A DNA stretch of 32,000 nucleotides from Defluviitaleaceae bacterium (GTDB lineage Bacteria > Bacillota > Clostridia > Lachnospirales > WQUN01): NCBI GenBank assembly GCA_009779755.1, contig WRDO01000029.1, positions 1 through 32,000 of the forward strand, in the 5' to 3' direction. Shown here in pieces: positions 27,580 to 32,000 of this stretch (its first letter is position 1; each line of letters starts with the position of its first letter). The notes under the pieces are model-generated. The model did no database searches. It had not been told where the DNA came from and saw nothing but the letters and a program-made list of their open reading frames with translations. Position numbers and translations under genes: made by a program.

Positions 27580-30500
27580 TATTGGTTACCGAACATCCAT
27601 AACGAATCCATTTGCTGTTGTGACCGCGCCATCGCAATCTCCACCCGCGAGAACATGGCGTAAAGGTTATTTTCGCGCCGTATCAGCCATTGGGTCATAT
27701 TTTCCATACGCCTGTCATATTCCGCCATTTGTCGGTTGAGGCGGTTTTGATGGGAGGCATCGGCGTTGGCGAACCCGGCTATGGCGGTGATGGAGCCGTT
27801 CGTACGGCTTATGGCATTGTCGATGATATGGTTGAGGCGTTGCGCCAAACCTTCCTGCGGGATGAGGGCGCTGCGGCCCGCAACGGTGGAGGTGATTCCG
27901 CCGGGTACGGAATGGGTGAACAGGTTCATCACGCGATCGGGGTCTTCCTCCAAGGCGCTGCGCAACCTTTCCTCGTCGATGACCAGCCTGCCGTCGCGGT
28001 AAATGCTTTCGGTGGTGATGCCGATCTGGTGCAGGAACAGCGTATCGCCGTTTTCCATCCGCACGCCCGCGGTCATCCATTGCCGCATTTGGTTGTGTAT
28101 GTTGCGCAGGGTAGGGTCGCGGTGCAACAAACCGATACGTGCCTGCTCCTCCCAGCGTTCCACGTCTCTGTCGCTCAGGGCGTTACGCTCCGCGTCCGTT
28201 AAGGGTTCGAAAAAGGCGCGTGTATTGGTGCGCGGGCGCGGGGTGGAATGCATTAGGTTGATGCCGTTGATCAAATCGTTGTACGACTGTACAAAGTCGC
28301 GTATGGCGTTGAGGGTCTGGGTGGTGTCGCGTGAGACCTCGATGATAAAACGTTCGCCCAATGCTTGGGTCCCGTTTATCGTGACGGCTACGTTGTTGTG
28401 CGTAAACGTGTTGCCTTCAAAGTCACGCAGTATCGAAGACGTTCCCCCGTTTTCATAAATACGCACCTGCGCGTTTTTGCCTTGGGCGGACGTATTTTCG
28501 TCCCCTTCCGCGTTGAAGCCCAGCGTCTTCGCCAAGAACCCGCCCGCGTCCCGCGTTATCTTGATTTGGGAGCCCATACCGACGGTCTTGGACGTCAATA
28601 CATAACGGTTGCTTGTGCCGTCGAAGGCCATATTGACGCCGGCCGAAGAGGCATTGATACGGTTCATCACGTCGCGGACGGAATCGTTGGAATAAAGGTT
28701 TATGTTAACGTTATTGATCGTCATGCCCGGTGCTTGCGTATATACCGGCTCGTGTACGGAATTATGGACGGCACTCATGTTGTTGAGGTTCGCCGTGGTT
28801 GGCGTAAACGAATCGCCCACCGTCACTTCGCCATGTTCGTCGCGTTGTACGTAATGCCAAGCCGGCGATCCCGCGGTACCCATGTTAACCACTTCGAAGC
28901 GCGTCCCGACGCTGACGAAGGACATAACGGGTTTGCCGCATTCCGTAAGGGCGGGTACCTGACGGGGTTCCGTCTTTGCGAATACCCATCCGTTTTGGTC
29001 ATACGACGGCCATTCCTCGGGGACCAGCGCCGAAGGCAGTGGGGTAGCATCCCTGCGGACGACGCCCGACGGTTCGGGGTTTGGCGGCGTTAATCCGAGG
29101 AAGGAATCGATTTTAACGTCGTGGTTTACGGCGTTGGTGGTGCCGTTGGCGAAGCCGAGTTGTTCCAGCGCGTTCCTTCTTTCCTGTGCGGTGGGGGTAC
29201 CCGGTGCGGGTGTGCCCGCGTTGAGGCGTACCGTGTCGGTGGGGTTGTTTACGTAAAGGGAGAACGCACCCTCGTTATACATGATTTCCACCCGTTGCGT
29301 AGACGAACCGCCGCCCGTAACGGGTACATTCCCGAAGCGGTCACGCAGTTGCTCGTTTATCGCGGCCGCGACGCTTGTACCGTTGATCAAATGCTCCCCG
29401 GTCAGTGTAATGGTATGCGAATTGCCGTTAAGGGTGATGTTAAAGACATAAGCCGCGTTCGCACCCCCGGTATTAAAATCGAGGGCCGCCGGGTCGCTTT
29501 TGATGGTCATCACGGCGTTGGTTGCGTTATGGTCAAACCCAAGGAGTTCCAGCGCATCCTTGCGGAGGGGTTGGTCGGCGGTCATCGGCGCGTCGGTGCC
29601 TGTGGTCAGGCGTACCGTATCGTTGGGGCTTTGCGTATTCATTTTAAACGATCCCGGTTTGTCGTCCTCACCGGGGGTATAGGTGATAAACGCTTTCGGC
29701 TGCGCCGGGGACCCGTTGGCGGCGGGTACGTAACCGAAGCGTGCCAGCAATTGCTTGTTGATTGCGTATGCTACCATTTTGCCGTCGGTTAAATCCAAGT
29801 TAACCTCTTCGCCGTTGTATGTGATCACGTCCCCGCCGCTGAGCGTGACGTTGTGCATCGCACCGTTGAACGAAACGTTGAAGTTATATTCCACGTAACC
29901 GGGGTCGGATAGGTTGAATTTTTTGATATCCGCGTCCTTGCTTGCCATTTGGTTGGCGGCGTTGACGGTATTGTCGGCGAATCCCAACAGCCCCAGAGCG
30001 TTCCTGTGTTCGGGTTTTGCGTCGGTGGCTTCCGAAAACGCGCCGTTGGTAAGACGTATGACGTCGTTGGGATTTTGCGTATGAAACGCTAATTTGCGTT
30101 CACCGGGAATTTCCCCGGCTTGGAACGTTACGTACACCGGGGCTTGCGCCGGGGTGGTGCCGGTGGCGGGTATCGGGGGGAAGATTTCCGCCAGGCGCAG
30201 GTTGATAGCCGCCATGATACCCATTTCCCTGCCGGAAGGATGGCTAAGATGCGCTTGCGTGATGGCGACGCTGTGTACGTTGCCGTCATTCAGGCTGATA
30301 TTAAAATGGTAAACCGCGGCTTTATCATCATCCCCCGGTTTCGGGAAGAAGTCGTAGTTATTGATACCGGGGTTGGGGCCGGTTATGGGGTTGAAGTGCG
30401 CGTTGAGGACACTGTCCGCGCCAAAACCGAGCAAGGTTAAGGCGTTCCTTCTTTCGGGGATATCGCCGTCGGCGAGGGTAAAATCACCGGCGGTAAGTCG

Positions 30501-32000
30501 GATAAAATCGCCGGGGCTGGCGGAAGCGAAGACAAGGTTCCCGTCTTCGTCGAATTTGGCCGTTATCCCGAGCTCCGACAATTGCGCGTTGATCGCCGCC
30601 GCGATGCCCGCTTGCCTGCCTCCGGTATGATTTAGATGGGTTTGGTTGATGACGACGTTATGCTTGGTGCCGTCGTTAAGGCTCACGTTAAAGTGATAGA
30701 CCGCGGGGGCTTGGGGGGGATTAAATTGACCGATATCCGCGCCGTCGCCGCTGAGTGGGCTGCCCGCATCGTTTGCGTCGCCGTCGTTAAAACCCATGAA
30801 CACAAGCGCGTCCTTTTGTGCGGGGGTGGATGCGTTTGCGTCGGCGGTCGTCCCCGCATTAAAGGTCAATATATCGTTGGGGTTATTGGAATGCAGGGTG
30901 AAATTGCCGTCGTCGAAGGATATCTCAACCCTTCTTATGATATGTTCGGGCAGGTACGGCGGGGTGTTTACGGGGTCCCACATCGTGCCGAATGCCATAA
31001 GCTGCGCGTTGATCGCGGCGACGATGTTGTCCTCATCCAATTGCGTGCCGCTGAGTGTAATCGTTATGGGATTTTGGGTTACTTCGCTCATGTTGTGCGA
31101 TATGTTAAAGCTGTACGTCGCGGGCATGTGTTGTGCGGGGGCAAATCCGCTCACGTTTGTGTTGAAGCCCGTAAGGCTCCCTGTGACGTTGGCGGTATTG
31201 TTCGCGAAGCCGAGCAGATTTAATAAGTCCCTGTGCGCGGGGTCGTTTTCGTTCGCGGGTGAAACCGTACCCGTGGTGAGCCGAACGGCGTCGCCCGGTT
31301 TATGGGTCGAAAGGGCGAACCTTCCCGTCACGGGGTTAAACGCCATGGTTACCAATGCTCGGGGCGGGGTGCCGTCATCCATGAATCCATCTAATTGCCG
31401 TATTTGTTCGTTAATCGCCGTGGCCATGGTGGTTCCGCTTGTCAAGTCGTTCCCGCTGAGGGAGATATTCTCCGTTTTGCCGTTTAACGTGATATTAAAA
31501 TTGTATACCGCTCCCCATACCGCGCCGGGTTGCAAGGCGTTTACATTTACGGGGTTGCCGGATACGGTTTTTATCAAGTTGTTCGGGGTTTCCGTAAAAC
31601 CGAGGAACGCGAGGGCGTTCCTGCGGACCCGCCCGGTTTCGTCATCGGTTGAAGCCGCACCCGCGGTAAGGCGTACGGTATCGCCCGGGGGCAGCGTACG
31701 CAGGGTAAAGTCTCCGTTGTTATATTCCATCCATACCCTTGGGTCGCCGTCTTTTGCGGGAAGGGTGCCGTAATGGGTCAGCAATTGCGCGCTTATCGCC
31801 TTCGCGATCTCTTTCCCGCAGACCTCCCCGTCCGCGTCAAGCATCTGCGATTTGACCAGCACGATATTGCGGACGGGCTGCTCGTTACCGAGCTGTATGT
31901 TGAAGTGGTATTCTTCATTTTCAAAGGTAGGGTTTAAGGCGCTCAGGTCGGCTTTTTTACTTGACGGGATGTTGGTGGTACGTTGCGTTACCGGTCCATT
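27579..32000 (-). CDS. fliD: Giant flagellar filament cap protein FliD (HAP2), 5'-partial; the N-terminus lies beyond the window
   Basis: The reading frame has no stop from 32000 down to TAA 27579-27581, giving 1473 codons in the window. The listed GTG 31862 is internal. The last roughly 385 aa match the FliD core and C-terminal domain (MTINNVNINL..VMNRINAS.AGVNMAF; IRDFVQSYNDLINGIN; ..MAEYDRRMENMTQWLIRRENNLYAMFSRVEIAMARSQQQMDSL). Confidence 0.85.
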   Translation of the reverse strand, partial: NGPVTQRTTNIPSSKKADLSALNPTFENEEYHFNIQLGNEQPVRNIVLVKSQMLDADGEVCGKEIAKAISAQLLTHYGTLPAKDGDPRVWMEYNNGDFTLRTLPPGDTVRLTAGAASTDDETGRVRRNALAFLGFTETPNNLIKTVSGNPVNVNALQPGAVWGAVYNFNITLNGKTENISLSGNDLTSGTTMATAINEQIRQLDGFMDDGTPPRALVTMAFNPVTGRFALSTHKPGDAVRLTTGTVSPANENDPAHRDLLNLLGFANNTANVTGSLTGFNTNVSGFAPAQHMPATYSFNISHNMSEVTQNPITITLSGTQLDEDNIVAAINAQLMAFGTMWDPVNTPPYLPEHIIRRVEISFDDGNFTLHSNNPNDILTFNAGTTADANASTPAQKDALVFMGFNDGDANDAGSPLSGDGADIGQFNPPQAPAVYHFNVSLNDGTKHNVVINQTHLNHTGGRQAGIAAAINAQLSELGITAKFDEDGNLVFASASPGDFIRLTAGDFTLADGDIPERRNALTLLGFGADSVLNAHFNPITGPNPGINNYDFFPKPGDDDKAAVYHFNISLNDGNVHSVAITQAHLSHPSGREMGIMAAINLRLAEIFPPIPATGTTPAQAPVYVTFQAGEIPGERKLAFHTQNPNDVIRLTNGAFSEATDAKPEHRNALGLLGFADNTVNAANQMASKDADIKKFNLSDPGYVEYNFNVSFNGAMHNVTLSGGDVITYNGEEVNLDLTDGKMVAYAINKQLLARFGYVPAANGSPAQPKAFITYTPGEDDKPGSFKMNTQSPNDTVRLTTGTDAPMTADQPLRKDALELLGFDHNATNAVMTIKSDPAALDFNTGGANAAYVFNITLNGNSHTITLTGEHLINGTSVAAAINEQLRDRFGNVPVTGGGSSTQRVEIMYNEGAFSLYVNNPTDTVRLNAGTPAPGTPTAQERRNALEQLGFANGTTNAVNHDVKIDSFLGLTPPNPEPSGVVRRDATPLPSALVPEEWPSYDQNGWVFAKTEPRQVPALTECGKPVMSFVSVGTRFEVVNMGTAGSPAWHYVQRDEHGEVTVGDSFTPTTANLNNMSAVHNSVHEPVYTQAPGMTINNVNINLYSNDSVRDVMNRINASSAGVNMAFDGTSNRYVLTSKTVGMGSQIKITRDAGGFLAKTLGFNAEGDENTSAQGKNAQVRIYENGGTSSILRDFEGNTFTHNNVAVTINGTQALGERFIIEVSRDTTQTLNAIRDFVQSYNDLINGINLMHSTPRPRTNTRAFFEPLTDAERNALSDRDVERWEEQARIGLLHRDPTLRNIHNQMRQWMTAGVRMENGDTLFLHQIGITTESIYRDGRLVIDEERLRSALEEDPDRVMNLFTHSVPGGITSTVAGRSALIPQEGLAQRLNHIIDNAISRTNGSITAIAGFANADASHQNRLNRQMAEYDRRMENMTQWLIRRENNLYAMFSRVEIAMARSQQQMDSLWMFGNQ
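29127..32000 (-). repeat. Tandem array of diverged coding modules (324-438 nt each) inside fliD
   Basis: Module starts are defined by Y-x-F-N-[IV]. Units are 31910-31506, 31505-31116, 31115-30699, 30698-30312, 30311-29889, 29888-29451 and 29450-~29127, plus a partial unit at 32000-31911. Shared motifs: YxFN[IV][ST]LNG, I[TS]L[ST]G, AAINxQL, PxDx[IV]RLTxG and R[NKD]ALxLLGF. Confidence 0.85.

Noticed and set aside
27690-31773. Several long plus-strand ORFs (170-325 aa) opposite fliD
   Set aside because: They are antisense shadows of a long GC-rich repetitive coding region. They have no SD and no recognisable motifs, and their frames change between modules.
29127-32000. Periodic repeats as a possible CRISPR array or non-coding satellite
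   Set aside because: The units are 324-438 nt and strongly diverged. They all lie in one uninterrupted reading frame with conserved amino-acid motifs, so they are protein-module repeats. No short direct repeats with spacers occur anywhere in the window.

Overview
The window is almost fully coding. It looks like chromosomal DNA from a motile, anaerobic Firmicutes/Clostridia-type bacterium; this taxonomic guess is inference from strong GGAGG Shine-Dalgarno (SD) sites, the flaG/fliS/fliD genes, an acyl-ACP thioesterase and a [FeFe]-hydrogenase-like gene.

Layout:
- Left core block (1-8344): a tRNA-like RNA 3' end with terminator, a 1390-aa hybrid Cache/HAMP/PAS histidine kinase (HK-REC-Hpt), selO, metG, and a tatD-family gene.
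- Accessory stretch (about 8345-18420), visibly AT-richer in parts (judged by eye, not computed): a decayed PIN toxin gene with a small partner ORF, a SAM methyltransferase, a 585-aa MerR regulator with GyrI-like and CBM-like domains and its own MerR-type promoter, two diverged paralogs of an uncharacterised Cys-rich protein, an ECF-like sigma factor with a roughly 370-aa fused C-terminal domain, an HExxH protein, and a DinJ/RelB-MazF toxin-antitoxin pair.
- Right block: acyl-ACP thioesterase, a CheY-like receiver co-transcribed with a soluble [FeFe]-hydrogenase-like protein fused to an MCP signalling domain, a second hybrid HK-REC-Hpt kinase, glnS, a GNAT, and a late flagellar cluster fliD / fliT-like / flaG / fliS.

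Most unusual observations:
1. A giant fliD that is still open at the window edge (at least 1473 aa) and carries at least 7 tandem 108-146-aa modules plus part of an eighth.
2. The putative H2-sensing hydrogenase-MCP fusion with its CheY-like partner.
3. A 159-nt GC-rich palindromic element read in frame inside tatD.
4. The sigma-fusion/paralog island of unknown function.

No CRISPR array, rRNA, transposase or integrase was seen.
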